Source of the DNA: Eledone cirrhosa
Taxonomy: Eukaryota
Length of the DNA stretch: 64,000 nucleotides
Assembly: GCA_964016885.1 (NCBI GenBank)
Contig: OZ024759.1
Coordinates: 31,248,001-31,312,000, forward strand
Reading direction: 5' to 3'
How positions within the stretch are numbered: position 1 is the first letter of the stretch; every line of letters starts with the position of its first letter. Under the pieces are notes generated by a model, which saw only the letters and a list, made by a program, of their open reading frames with translations, was not told the origin of the DNA and did no database searches. The translations under genes were made by a program, and so were the position numbers. Shown here in pieces: positions 45,822 through 60,257 of this stretch.

Positions 45822-46028
45822 TTGAGCGCTGACTTCGGCAATGAAATGACAGTTTGTCACCGGGTTGTAGTGAAATGACGAGGAGAAGAAAAAAAAAGGA
45901 AAGATGACAGAACGAAAGAAAGAAGGAAAGAAGGAAAGAAAGAAAAAGAAAGAAAGAAAGGATGAATGAAGATAATGAAAAGAATAGGTGAATGTATACA
46001 ATATATATGAATAAATATATATGAATAA

Positions 46029-46063
<35 letters not shown>

Positions 46064-46352
46064 AACACACTCTGAGATTTTACATAACTGTTTCTACTTT
46101 AGGCACAAGGCCAGCAATTACCCAGTGCATTACTGGTACTTTATTTTATCGACCCCGTAAGGATGAAAGGCAAAGTTACATAACATTACCTATTGAGTAT
46201 GCTGAGATGCAACCGGTACTAGCAGTGAAACCCATGCTAGTCTCGTCAAGTTATATATATATATATATATCCTTGATGTCTTCCAAAAGTAACGGTTGCA
46301 TTTTGAAAGGGTACGTCAATGTTTATTTATAAAACTGGTATATATTGTATTT

Positions 46353-46407
46353 TGTCTGATGAAAGCATACCATAATTTAACATGGTATCCTTGAAATATG
46401 TATAATA
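46353..46407 (+). ncRNA. Family C hammerhead motif
   Basis: tgt CTGATGA aagc-ataccat/aatttaac/atggtat-cctt GAA ATATGTAT A ata. Confidence 0.7.
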
Positions 46408-46459
46408 AAATAGATATGGTTTTATAAATATAGTTTCCATTTGTTAATATCGTATATAT

Positions 46460-46604
<145 letters not shown>

Positions 46605-46638
46605 ATATATATATATTATATATATATATATATATATA

Positions 46639-46690
<52 letters not shown>

Positions 46691-46805
46691 TATATATATA
46701 TATAATATATATATATATATTAATATATATATATATATAATATATATATATATATAATATATATATATATAATATATATATATATAATATATATATATAT
46801 AATAT

Positions 46806-46882
<77 letters not shown>

Positions 46883-46925
46883 ATATATATAATATATATA
46901 TATATATATAATATATATATAATAT

Positions 46926-47098
<173 letters not shown>

Positions 47099-47334
47099 TC
47101 AGGACCCCGGCGGTGCATTATGGTCCACCTGGTATCTTACCACAGCCTCTTTGTTAATTTTAATTTTATATATATATAGAATAAATATGGTTATATAAAT
47201 ATAGTTTCCATTTATTTAATATCATTGTATATATCAATAAGGCTATAAATATTTGCTCTACGGTTCTTATATATCTGATATATATTTATCCTTATCGAGC
47301 CCTCTTGGATTTTAGTCTTCAAATTTATTATTAT

Positions 47335-47389
<55 letters not shown>

Positions 47390-47459
47390 AACGAGTAGGA
47401 CACCGACAGCTGAGCTCAAGCCGTTTCGACGGCTAATTCTGGACTAAATGAACATTTTT

Positions 47460-47659
47460 NNNNNNNNNNNNNNNNNNNNNNNNNNNNNNNNNNNNNNNNN
47501 NNNNNNNNNNNNNNNNNNNNNNNNNNNNNNNNNNNNNNNNNNNNNNNNNNNNNNNNNNNNNNNNNNNNNNNNNNNNNNNNNNNNNNNNNNNNNNNNNNNN
47601 NNNNNNNNNNNNNNNNNNNNNNNNNNNNNNNNNNNNNNNNNNNNNNNNNNNNNNNNNNN
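47460..47659. other. Assembly gap (200 N)
   Basis: Run of n. Confidence 1.
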
Positions 47660-47780
47660 AGGATTGTAAATAAAACGAGTAAATCAGACAAAGTTGGAAT
47701 TCCTCTTATTAATATAATCTTCTATACACAATCATACACACCCGTGTATATTTACCTATCTATATATATATATATATATA

Positions 47781-47972
47781 TAACGAAGGAAATGTGGTAA
47801 GGAACCAGGTGGACCATAACGCACCAAAGTACTCAATACTTGAGATAGTAGAGTGGGTAATAGGAACCAGTAAGACCCCGACAGCTGAGCTCAAGCCGTT
47901 TCGACGGCTAATTCTGGACTCAGAATTAGCCGTCGAAACGGCTTGAGCTCAGCTGTCGGGGTCTTACTGGTT

Positions 47973-48025
<53 letters not shown>

Positions 48026-48205
48026 CAAAGGAATTGTGGTAAGGAACCAGATGGACCATAACGCACCAGAGTACTCAATACTTAGGGTAGTAGAGTGGGA
48101 AATAGGAAAAAGTATGACCCCGACGGCAGAGCTCAGGCCGTTTCTAGTTCAGAAATAGCCGTCGAAACGGCTTGAGCTTTGCCGTCATGGTCATATTTTT
48201 TCCTA
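47781..48205. mobile_element. Two adjacent family B palindromic elements (47781-47976, 48023-48205)
   Basis: Perfect arms across 47861-47975 around a gact loop; separated by (TA)n. Confidence 0.85.
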
Positions 48206-48354
48206 TATATATATATATATATATACACCTATATGAATTATATATACGTATATGGTTTGCTTATGTATTTACTTTGGGAATTAGGTTATATATCTCAACC
48301 GTTTCTTACGTTCCCATATCTCATCAGTAAACTATTACTGTTTATAGCTCAATC

Positions 48355-49356
48355 TGTATACAACAGTGAATGTATGTGTAGGTGTATAAGAGGGAGCTTT
48401 AAATGTATGTATACAACAGTGAATGTATGTGTAGGTGTATAAGAGGGAGCTTTAAATGTATGTATACAACAGTGAATGTATGTGTAGGTGTATAAGAGGG
48501 AGCTTTAAATGTATGTATACAACAGTGGATGTATGTGTAGGTGTATAAGAGGGAGCTTTAAATGTATGTATACAACAGTGGATGTATGTGTAGGTGTATA
48601 AGAGGGAGCTTTAAATGTATGTATACAACAGTGGATGTATGTGTAGGTGTATAAGAGGGAGCTTTAAATGTATGTATACAACAGTGGATGTATGTGTAGG
48701 TGTATAAGAGGGAGCTTTAAATGTATGTATACAACAGTGGATGTATGTGTAGGTGTATAAGAGGGAGCTTTAAATGTATGTATACAACAGTGGATGTATG
48801 TGTAGGTGTATAAGAGGGAGCTTTAAATGTATGTATACAACAGTGAATGTATGTGTAGGTGTATAAGAGGGAGCTTTAAATGTATGTATACAACAGTGGA
48901 TGTATGTGTAGGTGTATAAGAGGGAGCTTTAAATGTATGTATACAACAGTGGATGTATGTGTAGGTGTATAAGAGGGAGCTTTAAATGTATGTATACAAC
49001 AGTGAATGTATGTGTAGGTGTATAAGAGGGAGCTTTAAATGTATGTATACAACAGTGGATGTATGTGTAGGTGTATAAGAGGGAGCTTTAAATGTATGTA
49101 TACAACAGTGGATGTATGTGTAGGTGTATAAGAGGGAGCTTTAAATGTATGTATACAACAGTGGATGTATGTGTAGGTGTATAAGAGGGAGCTTTAAATG
49201 TATGTATACAACAGTGGATGTATGTGTAGGTGTATAAGAGGGAGCTTTAAATGTATGTATACAACAGTGGATGTATGTGTAGGTGTATAAGAGGGAGCTT
49301 TAAATGTATGTATACAACAGTGGATGTATGTGTAGGTGTATAAGAGGGAGCTTTAA
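48355..49356. repeat. 53-bp minisatellite, ~19 copies
   Basis: Unit tatacaacagtgRatgtatgtgtaggtgtataagagggagctttaaatgtatg. Confidence 0.97.
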
Positions 49357-49379
49357 AAATGGACGTCCGTATCTATAAA

Positions 49380-49590
49380 ATACTCAGCCACTGTGGAGAT
49401 TTCTGGTGTCGTTGGCCCTAGGGTCACCTCCCTACTCACCACCATCGACACAGAGTTGGCTACCCGCAGCCCAGGTCCGAGCCCCACGAGCTGGAATGAC
49501 ATGGTACTTCCAACGCGTCTCCCTCATCATACTTCGGGGAAAAACACTTTTCTCTATTTTGACCGCCGGTGCCGCGCGCCAGCCAGCGGG
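49380..49590 (+). mobile_element. CRE-like non-LTR retrotransposon 3' fragment (REL-domain end), frameshifted
   Basis: ATVEISGVVGPRVTSLL..I..ELA + WYFQRVSLIILRGK..SIL resembles consensus PxAVETxGxxGP...FQRLSxAxQRGNAxSIL. Confidence 0.6.
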
Positions 49591-49985
49591 TGGGCCCCCT
49601 TTTGCTCATAATAGTGAGAGATGGGGAGAGAGCAAGAGAGAGACGGGAGCAGTGACTATACCACCATTGCTGAACCATTGTAGTTTGTAGAGTTAAAAAA
49701 AAAAGAAAAATACCCTACATTGATTGAGCAGAGACTTCCTAAACTTGTTTTTCTTTACCTCAGCCACTTGCACGTTAATTTCTCAAGCTGACTGATCACG
49801 CATTGTCGAAACTGACGGAGGACCATTCCATTGTGGTATATTCCTAGACACGTTCGTCTACCAAATACCAGCTAAATCAGGAATGTTTATAACAATAGTC
49901 TGGTTCTTTATCTACGTGATCTGTTGCAACGTTTATCAATAATGGCGAATATATTTCATGCTATTTTTATCTATATATCTATATA

Positions 49986-50050
<65 letters not shown>

Positions 50051-50217
50051 ATGTGTGTGTGTGTGTGTGTGTGTGTTTGAAGTAATTCTGTGGGAGAGGT
50101 ACAGGAAAAAAGAGTGCTCTATGTAGCCTACAGAGCTTATTACATAACTATATAAATATATATATATATATAAATGAAAGGTATAGAAAATATTGTAGCA
50201 AAAAGCCAACAGTTTCC

Positions 50218-50271
<54 letters not shown>

Positions 50272-51067
50272 TACACATACATTTCCAGCATCGTTACGCT
50301 AAAATAAATATATGATATTTAGCTTGCCTAAATGCTCCAACTAATTATTATGTCTCTTGTATTACCACCAGAAGATCCATAATACAAAATATTCCATAAA
50401 ACAGTTCAATTGTTCCGTGTAGTTATATAATAAAACGTTCTGAGAACTTCTGATACATATTTAGAAATACTCGCCGCAATAAGAATTTACGTCTATGCTA
50501 CACTAACAGCTATGAGGAAATGGCGGCTATGGTTTTGAAAACACTCTACACTATGATTTAGTCGGGATAATGAATATCTTTATTCAGTCTGTGATTTTGC
50601 TTCTCCAAAACAAAAACCTTATCAGTAAATCTTGAATTAAATTAGACTCCACGTTTTATATGCTAGAATTTATCTCGCCAAGAGGATTGCTTCTCAATTA
50701 TATGAAAGACCACTGCACTATAATTACAATGATATTGCTAGAAACGGTTACTTTTGTGTTTACAATATTCAGATGTGTGACTATTCTACTGTAAACAGAT
50801 AGACTCCGAACAATATAAACCACGGCAGCCATTAACGACTGCCGTATTGATTATTATTACACACATACGCACATACACACATACACACATATACACATAC
50901 ACATAACTACATCCTGACACACAGAAACACACACCACTACATACACACACGACTACATACACACACAACTACATACACACACATGGTGGGGGGTGGTGAT
51001 GGTGCGGGTGGTGATGGCGGTGATGGTGGTTGTAGTAGTAGTGGTGGTGGTGGTGGTGGTGGTGGTT

Positions 51068-51123
<56 letters not shown>

Positions 51124-51785
51124 GGTGGTGGTGGTGGTGGTGGTGGTGTTCTTTATTCACCACACAGGGTTTACATTAAGAAGACAATAAGGACAGTACA
51201 GAACAGTGTGGGTTTTTTTGTGTGAGAGAAAGGTTTATAAAGAAGACTAAAAAATAAACATTTAAAAAATTAAAACATCAGTTCCCCACCCACCTTTTGG
51301 GGACACATCGGAGAGTCACTCATGAAGAAAGCCATCAAAAAGCCACGGTGACCTTGACCGCCAAGGCTAATAACCTCTCTCGAGTTGACGATAATAATAA
51401 ATCAGGGAAATATTAAATTTATCAGGAGATCTTGAAGCATGGTGTAATGAAGGGAAAATGAAAAAATCCAGAAGTTCTAACAAACTCAGGGAAAACGAAA
51501 TAAGAATAATAATAATTACTAATTTAGGCACAAGGCCAACAATTTTGAGGGAGAGGAAAGTCGATTAAATCGATCCCCAAGGTATTACTGGTGCTTTATT
51601 TTATCGACCGTAAGGATGAAAAGCATATATATATACATACCTCGATGGTGTAGGACACAAAAAGGAGGGACACAAAATATAAAAACAGAGTCACTGAAAA
51701 CCACCAGGTGCATGTGTTTTTATTGGCAGCATGACTCTCCCAAAGTATTACAATATATATATGTGTGTGTGTGTGTACACATATT

Positions 51786-51946
<161 letters not shown>

Positions 51947-52080
51947 AATATATATATATATAAATATACAAATATATATATATATATATACATGTAAAGT
52001 TATATTTAAAATTGTTGGGTTACAACTAGTAAATATTTATAACTGATATAAAAGCACTCGACAAATATTTGGAGTATATT

Positions 52081-52400
52081 TACAATATTAAATAAATGGA
52101 AAACTATATTTATAAAACCATATTTATTTCATTATATATATTTCGGGGATATCATATTAACAATATGTTATGCCTTCATCAGACAAAATACAATATAAAC
52201 AGTTTTATAGATAAATATATTCGACATACCGTACAAATGAAGTTGATGTTTATTACGGTATGTCGAATATATTTATCTATAAAACTGTTTATATTGTATT
52301 TTGTCTGATGAAGGCATAACATATTGTTAATATGATATCCCCGAAATATATATAATGAAATAAATATGGTTTTATAAATATAGTTTTCCATTTATTTAAT

Positions 52401-52406
<6 letters not shown>
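52081..52406. mobile_element. Family C near-perfect palindrome with an HHR in each arm (52130-52185 minus, 52302-52357 plus)
   Basis: Arms identical around a ~20-nt spacer; CTGATGA...GAA ATATATAT A atg. Confidence 0.85.
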
Positions 52407-52475
<69 letters not shown>

Positions 52476-52701
52476 TTTGTTTCTGAATTTGTTTAGCAAG
52501 ATTCTTTATCTGAAATCGTGTGTTGAAACCAATATTGTTATACTTTGGGAGGGTGATGTTGCCAATAACATGAGCCTCCCAAAGTATAACAATATAAATA
52601 TATACAAATATATATATATATATATATATACGTAGGTCCCGGGTTGAGTCGGGGATAACCACAGTAAGTAAGGTACTCAATACATGGCAGAGTAAAAAAA
52701 T

Positions 52702-52829
52702 TTTATTTTATAGAAGGAGCTTCTACAGGACTAGTACTGTTTCATTCAGATGAAATCTTCAGGAAGCTCCTGAAGATTTCATCTGAATGAAACAGTACTA
52801 GTCCTGTAGAAGCTCCTTCTATAAAATAA

Positions 52830-52830
<1 letters not shown>
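52702..52830. mobile_element. Family A perfect palindrome with back-to-back hammerheads
   Basis: Minus: gagcttc CTGAAGA t-ttca-tc-tgaa-t GAA ACAG-tactagtc-CTGT A gaagctc (7-bp stem I); mirror copy on plus. Confidence 0.85.
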
Positions 52831-52888
<58 letters not shown>

Positions 52889-53306
52889 TAACGTATTCAA
52901 TTAATGTTGCCTGACGAACCAAAAGAGGAAATTGTGATGCGCGTCACTGGCACTTCAGCTTCTATTGAATTTTGAAAGTTACGTAACTACTTGTATAGTT
53001 TCGTATAACGTATTTCCTACATCCACATTGTATATATATATATGTGTGTGTGTGTGTGTATGTGCATGCGTGTATGTCTGTACATAATGATATATATATA
53101 TATATAAATATATATATATACTTATACACAGTTCAAGAGTAACCAATCTTAAAGAGAGAGATTGAGATAGGAGAGGAGATAGGAGAGGAGAGATTGGTGA
53201 ATTAGTTAGAAGCCAAAGCGTAAAGGCATGTGCTCAATGTGCAATATGCAGTGGAAGGCAGCTAGGTGGCTAGGTTCATGCAGAGGTTAGGTGCACAGAG
53301 CTGGAA

Positions 53307-54049
53307 ATATTCATTAGTTAAGCAAAACAAGACCACAAATTTCGCAAGGAAGACATTATTAAAAGATTGTCAACATATTTTAGTTTGATGTAAGGAATGT
53401 AGAGAATAATAATAATAATATTAATAATAATAATGTCCGTTTACAATTGTTTCGCTACTCCATATAATATTTCTGGATCAAATGATTATATATCATTATT
53501 GATCTGGTTCAGTTGAAAATATTTAACATAGGTAGAAATAGAGCAGCTCATCGGAACTTCAAAAGGAATATAAATTAAAATAAGGAAAGAATGTTACATA
53601 AATGTAATGTTCCATAGGTTGGTATTTCACTATGGTGTCCTGGGTATATCAATTGTCTGCCATAGTGGAGTAGTATTCTTCTGTCAAAGCTGCATTGTGT
53701 AAAATCTGCCTATGGGTAACAAGATGGCCGCCAATGGAGATATTTACCTTACATTTATGTAACATTCTTTCCTTATTTTAATTTATATTCCTTTTGAAGT
53801 TCTGATGAGCTGCTCTATTTATACCTATGTTAATTATTTTCAACTGAACCGGATCAATAATGATATATAATCATTTGATCCAGAAATATTATATGGAGTA
53901 GCGAAACAATTGTAAACGGACATTATTATTATTAATATTATTATTATTATTCTCTACATTCCTTACATCAAACTAAAATATGTTGACAATCTTTTAATAA
54001 TGTCTTCCTTGTGAAATTTGTGGTCTTGTTTTGCTTAACTAATGAATAT
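53307..54049. mobile_element. ~740-bp fold-back element (~300-bp arms) carrying long-stem-II HHRs
   Basis: 53307-53608 is the reverse complement of 53749-54049. Confidence 0.85.
53799..53917 (+). ncRNA. Hammerhead ribozyme with ~90-nt stem II domain
   Basis: gtt CTGATGA gctgctcta...tggagtagc GAA ACAATTGT A aac; the mirror copy 53439-53557 has CCGATGA. Confidence 0.8.
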
Positions 54050-54119
54050 ATATACTTATATATATATATATATACATACATATATATATATATATGTATA
54101 TGTATATGTATATAGATAC

Positions 54120-54170
<51 letters not shown>

Positions 54171-54279
54171 TACATATATACATATATATATACATAGATA
54201 TAGATATAGATATACATATATACATATATATATATATACACATAGATATATAGATATATATATATATATATGTATATAT

Positions 54280-54346
<67 letters not shown>

Positions 54347-54471
54347 GATTTAATGCTCTGAAATAGCGATATATATGTGAAGAAAACATAGAATATTCGA
54401 AAATATTCTGTACACAGCTAAGTATTCTATAAGTCTCTAGCTGTGTCATTCTCGATTAAAGCATTGGATAT

Positions 54472-54514
54472 GTAATCCTGATGATTTCAAATAAGAATGA
54501 AACGCGTAGGTTAC
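54472..54514 (+). ncRNA. Minimal hammerhead ribozyme
   Basis: gtaatc CTGATGA t-ttc-aaataa-gaa-t GAA ACGCGT A ggttac; lies between ~30-bp inverted repeats (~54383-54412 and ~54605-54635). Confidence 0.8.
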
Positions 54515-54631
54515 TTCCCTTGCTTTTATCGAGAATCTCAAATTGTAATACGTGACGTATTCTATTCTATAGCGATTAGGTCTTCAAAATGTTTATTATA
54601 AACATACAGAATATTTTCGAATATTCTATGT

Positions 54632-54857
<226 letters not shown>

Positions 54858-55157
54858 AATATATATATATATATATATATATTCTTATATACGTTAGAAG
54901 TCTATAAAACTCATACGTAAACGTTTTTGTTAGGTTTTTTAGCCCCCCCTCTTTTCTGTTTTCTTTTTCTGCCTCAAATATCTATATAGGAAACATGATG
55001 TATGAGAATGTGGCATTCGTTAGTAATTTACTTATAGTGTCTACTTGGAAATGGAATGCCGAGCTCAAAATAAATGTTTATCCACTGTACAACTATATAA
55101 ATAACTGGAATTATTGTCAGAGAGAACTAATGGCAAATCGATCAATTATTTCTAATT

Positions 55158-55171
55158 GTTGCTACGGTAAC
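55158..55171. promoter_or_regulatory. RFX X-box-like motif
   Basis: GTTGCTACGGTAAC. Confidence 0.35.
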
Positions 55172-55264
55172 ATTGCTACTCTACACTTCATTAGTTTTAT
55201 TTGTTTGATCTAATAAAAGTGTATTTGATAGTATATCTGGAGTTACGGGAGTATATATATATGT

Positions 55265-55665
55265 GAAGGCGCGTGTATAAGTAGTTATAGTGTTCGGCTT
55301 ACAATCCTGAGGTTGTGAGTTCGATTTTCTGACCGGGCTTTGTGTTGTGTTCTTAAGCAAGACTCTGATTCTTTATTTCACGTTGTTCCAGTCCCCCTTC
55401 ACACAGCTGTCACTGTTGACGTCATTGGTGTCACCCTGTATCGGCTTTGCCTTTCCCTTGGACAACATATTTATGTCAGGTCACTCTCGAGTGCTCCTGG
55501 TAGCGCGTAACCCAGTACAACCTGTCGCATGGTCGGGTTGTCGGCGACTAAACCGGCAGCCCCACCAAGTTAACTTAGTTAGGACGGTGATTTTGGACAC
55601 CCTGCAGGACAAAAAACAAAACCTGACAAAGGGCGGAAGAACTCATAAGAGTCAACGGCCATCTA
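55265..55665 (+). mobile_element. CORE-like SINE whose 3' part matches the 5' end of family D
   Basis: tRNA head (gagttcgatt), CORE-like gtgttgtgttcttaagcaagac; 55490-55665 matches the reverse complement of 20415-20590. Confidence 0.65.
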
Positions 55666-56938
55666 AAAAAAAAAAAGAGTTAGTAGTTCCAGCTGCAGGC
55701 ATCGAAAGACTGGTGTAGTGGTTCTGAGAACAATGCGGCTTTGCAGATGATCAATGTAAATTGACAATGGAAAGGCGCTCCCGCTCGAGTTAGAAGAGAA
55801 CTATTGACCTTCAGGAGAAGCAGCGACCCCTGGTTGTATTCAGCAACCGAAACAAATATGAAGTACACCAAATCCAATGTTCCTAGGAGCGGCCCTGGTT
55901 CTTCTTATTTGCGAGTGTAAACTCGGCCAGATTAGATTAGATTAGATGGACGACATACATACTGTATATATACTGTACAAAGTATATATATAATATATAT
56001 ACTGTACAAACTATATATAATATATATATACTGTAGAAAGTGTATATATAATATATATACAGAACGTATGAGTTGAGATGTCACTGGTGCGAACCTGTAT
56101 CGGCTTTGCCTTTCCCTTGAACTACATACATACTGTATGTATACTGTACAGTTGAGCAATGCACTTAATTTCACCTTGTATCCTTGAGCAAGACACATTA
56201 TTTTACTTTGTGTCAGTACAGTCCACATTGATTCCGCCTTAAAATCACGTTAAGATTACACGTTTATGGAAAATTCAATAACTTACACGTTAATTCATTA
56301 GTCAGACATTCAGTTGATCGAACGACTGTGAAAGTCCATCGTCGATACAGATGAAACATCAACCCCCATTCTTCCAATTTAACAAATCCTAGTTTATCTT
56401 TCTTGCACTTTTAATAGTTGATACATAAAACTGTATCAACTATTAATTAAATTCTCTTTCCGAATCCTCCACCGTCAGCTTCTCCGTCATTATCAATCAA
56501 TAACATTCAACGGATATGAGCTCGCTCTATTAATTTTCGATTCGATATATGGTGCTCTGTTAGGGAAATATATCCTATTGGATCGAATACCGTCTGTTAA
56601 TCTATTGATTTGCTTTGATTTCATATTTGGTCATATAAAATGGACAAAGTGTGAAGTAGCGTGTAACTCTTTATTAAATCCTCATTGAAAAGAGATTGAT
56701 GAACATATTCCCAACACCGTATATCACCGTATAACTTCCTCTTTCCTTTATAATATATGTGCGTGTGTGTGTGTATATGTATGTGTGTGTGTCTGTGTGT
56801 GTGTGGGGGGGGGCTGTGTGAGTGTGTGTGTGTGTTTGCATATATATATACATACATATATATACATATATACATATATACATATATATGTATGTATATA
56901 TGTATGTATATATACATATATATATATATACATATATA

Positions 56939-56990
<52 letters not shown>

Positions 56991-57140
56991 TATGTATGTA
57001 TATATATATATGTGTATCTACATATATACATACACATATATATATATACATATATATACATACATATATATATATATATATACATATATATACATACATA
57101 TATATACATATATATACATACATATATATACATACACACT

Positions 57141-57186
<46 letters not shown>

Positions 57187-57244
57187 TACAAACATACAGG
57201 CATACACACACATATATGTACGTATGCCTGTCAGAGTTGAAAAT

Positions 57245-57657
57245 AATGGTTTCTGATTTTGAAACAAAGCCAACAATTGTGGGAAAGAGGAAAGTCGATC
57301 AAATCGACCCCAGTGCGTCACTGGTACTTTATTTTATCGACCATGTAAGGATGAAAGACAAAGCTAACCTCGGCGGTATTTGAACTCAGAACGGCAAGGG
57401 CCGTAACTCTATCCTGCAAAGCATGGCGTCCGACGCTCTTGCCGATACTGTCCATCTACCTCATACCGAATATATTGTCTTTACTTTAGGCACAAGGCCA
57501 GCAATAACCCAGTGCATTACTGGTACTTTATTTTATCGACCCCGTATAAGGATGAAAGGCAAAGTAAACCTCGTCGGTATTTGAACTCAGAATGGCAAGG
57601 GCCGTAACTCTATGCGTCAAAGCATGGCGTCCGACCCTCTATCGATACTGCCAATCC
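57245..57657 (-). mobile_element. Two tandem OK-like SINEs
   Basis: Homology to the 15333 element. Confidence 0.85.
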
Positions 57658-58132
57658 ATATCGAATATATTAATGGTAGAAAAATATGATTAATTCTTGA
57701 AATGGTGAAACAATTTAAGAAACACAATGCAAATAATCTTACGTTACAATAAATTTTTTATAATTTAGTTGACAAGAGACGCGAGAATTAAATGAGACTA
57801 CCTTTAGGCTGTATACAACACAGACATCACTAAATATAACCCTAGGCGTGTCTGTCTATACTCTCATAGTTTATCGATTCTAGAAATTACGATACTCGGT
57901 TTAAAATATATAATATGTTATATGTATATATGTTGTATGATATTAGGTTTATGTGTGTAAGTTATTTATCATATTCATATATGAAAATCGTTGTCTATAA
58001 TTTGGCTTTTTGTTTCATTTTGATTCTGACATTCGCAGAATGCTGTGTATATATAAATGTATGTATGTATATATGTGTGTGTATGAATATATGTATTAGT
58101 ATATGTGTACATATATATGAATACACATACAT

Positions 58133-58243
<111 letters not shown>

Positions 58244-58492
58244 TAGTTCCACAACAGTTAATTCACCATTTCCGAGAACAATTGTTTCCCCTTCATCGCC
58301 TTCATCAATCGGATCATTAGCTCGTTATCAATTTTATATATATATATAAGCAAAAGGGATATTTAATTTGTTGGTAATTCAACAAATATAAAATGTTTAT
58401 AACTGATTCGAAGCACTCGACACGCTTTCTGGAGTATAATATTCAATGATATTAAATAAACGGAAACTATATTTATAAAACCATATTTATTC

Positions 58493-58543
58493 TATTATAT
58501 ATATTTCAAGGGTACCAACACTTTGGTACGCTCTCATCAGATA
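58493..58543 (-). ncRNA. Family C hammerhead motif
   Basis: tat CTGATGA gagc-gtaccaa/agtg/ttggtac-cctt GAA ATATATAT A ata gAATAAA. Confidence 0.8.
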
Positions 58544-58764
58544 AAATACAAAGTTTGTTTTATAAATATTGACATATCCAGGAAGATCTTAACGGTTCAA
58601 GTTTTTCCTGGATAGTAAAGGAAAGAAGACGTTATATATATATATAAAACGAAGGGAGTGTGGTAAGGAACCAGGTGGATCATAACGCACCAGAGTACTC
58701 AATACTTAGGGTAGTAGAGTGAGTAATAATACTCTGCCATCGGGGTTAAATATTTTCCTATATA

Positions 58765-58850
<86 letters not shown>

Positions 58851-58879
58851 CTGCAGTGCTGAGAACGGGGATACCACTA

Positions 58880-59156
58880 ATCATGGAAGTACTCAATGCA
58901 TAGAAGAAGTACCAATTGTGGTTGGTGCGCTGAGAACTATTAGTAAAAGGTTAGATGTATGACTTGTGAAGCTAGGAACTTCCATCAGGATAGGATTGCT
59001 GCGGAAAACTGCCTTGCTAAGGAGGGTGTTGGAAAGTTGAGGGAGAAGGAATGACACAAAGGACCTTTGACCATTGGCTATGGGCTCGCTCTTTTGGTAC
59101 AGTGTCGGTATAACATTTGCCAGAGCAAAGGCGTAATGAGTAATACTAATAATAAT
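58880..59156 (+). mobile_element. R4/Dong-like retrotransposon 3' fragment
   Basis: VPIVVGALRTISKRLDV*LVKLG..IGLLRKTALL-RRVLE* resembles PIVIGALG...LQKTALLGTARILRKVL; 3'UTR ends in (TAA)n. Confidence 0.7.
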
Positions 59157-59515
59157 GGTTTCTAGTATAGGCACAAGGCCGGTAATTTTGGTACTTCATG
59201 TTATTGAATCCGTAAGGATGAAAGGCAAAGCTAACCTCAGCGGGATTTGAACTCAGAACGTAAAAGGCCGTAACTCTATGCAGCAAAGCATGGAGTCCGA
59301 CGCTCTACCGATACTATAATAATTCTTTCAACTTTTGGCACAAGGCCAGCAATTATCCCAGTGTATTACTGGTACTTTATTTTATCGACCCCGTAAGGAT
59401 TAAAGGCAAAGTTAACCTCGGCGGGATTTGAACTCAGACCATAAAGGGACGTAACTCTTTGCTGTTAAACCATGGCGTCCGACCCTCCACCGAGACTGAC
59501 AATCCACCGCCCTAC
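59156..59515 (-). mobile_element. Two tandem OK-like SINEs
   Basis: Homology to the 15333 element. Confidence 0.85.
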
Positions 59516-59521
59516 CGATAC

Positions 59522-59559
<38 letters not shown>

Positions 59560-59588
59560 TAATACACACATACACCATACATACATAT

Positions 59589-59640
<52 letters not shown>

Positions 59641-59761
59641 AAAGATGGATGTGTGAGTATGTTTGTTCTTTCTTGAACATGGCGGACCTTGTTGTCTCTT
59701 GAGGTCACTGGTTGTGACTTGGTGATAACTCGTATGAACATAAAGCAAGATAAATGCAGCT

Positions 59762-59820
<59 letters not shown>

Positions 59821-60155
59821 CAGTTACAAAAGATCGATCATGAAAATAATTTCTTCCTAATGTTTTGCAAATTTCCTTCTAATATATTTTTATTTTGTTG
59901 CATGTCAATGCTTTTTTTCTGTTTTGTTAAGGGTCTTTCCTTGTTTTTATTTTGTTCTTGTTGTTTTCATGGCACAAAGCCAAATGTTCTTAAGGGAGGT
60001 GATATGTTATAGTTCGTTGAATTCTTCTTCATTATATTTGCACAGAGCGATTACAAAAACTACAGATTCTCTAAAGCAGCAGGTTTTCATTGGTTTCTGA
60101 CGTGTTTACTGTTCTATGTTTTGCCTGTTTAAGATATTTAACTGATGAACCTCAA

Positions 60156-60257
<102 letters not shown>

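Noticed and set aside
48355-49356. CRISPR array
   Set aside because: No unique spacers; pure tandem repeat.
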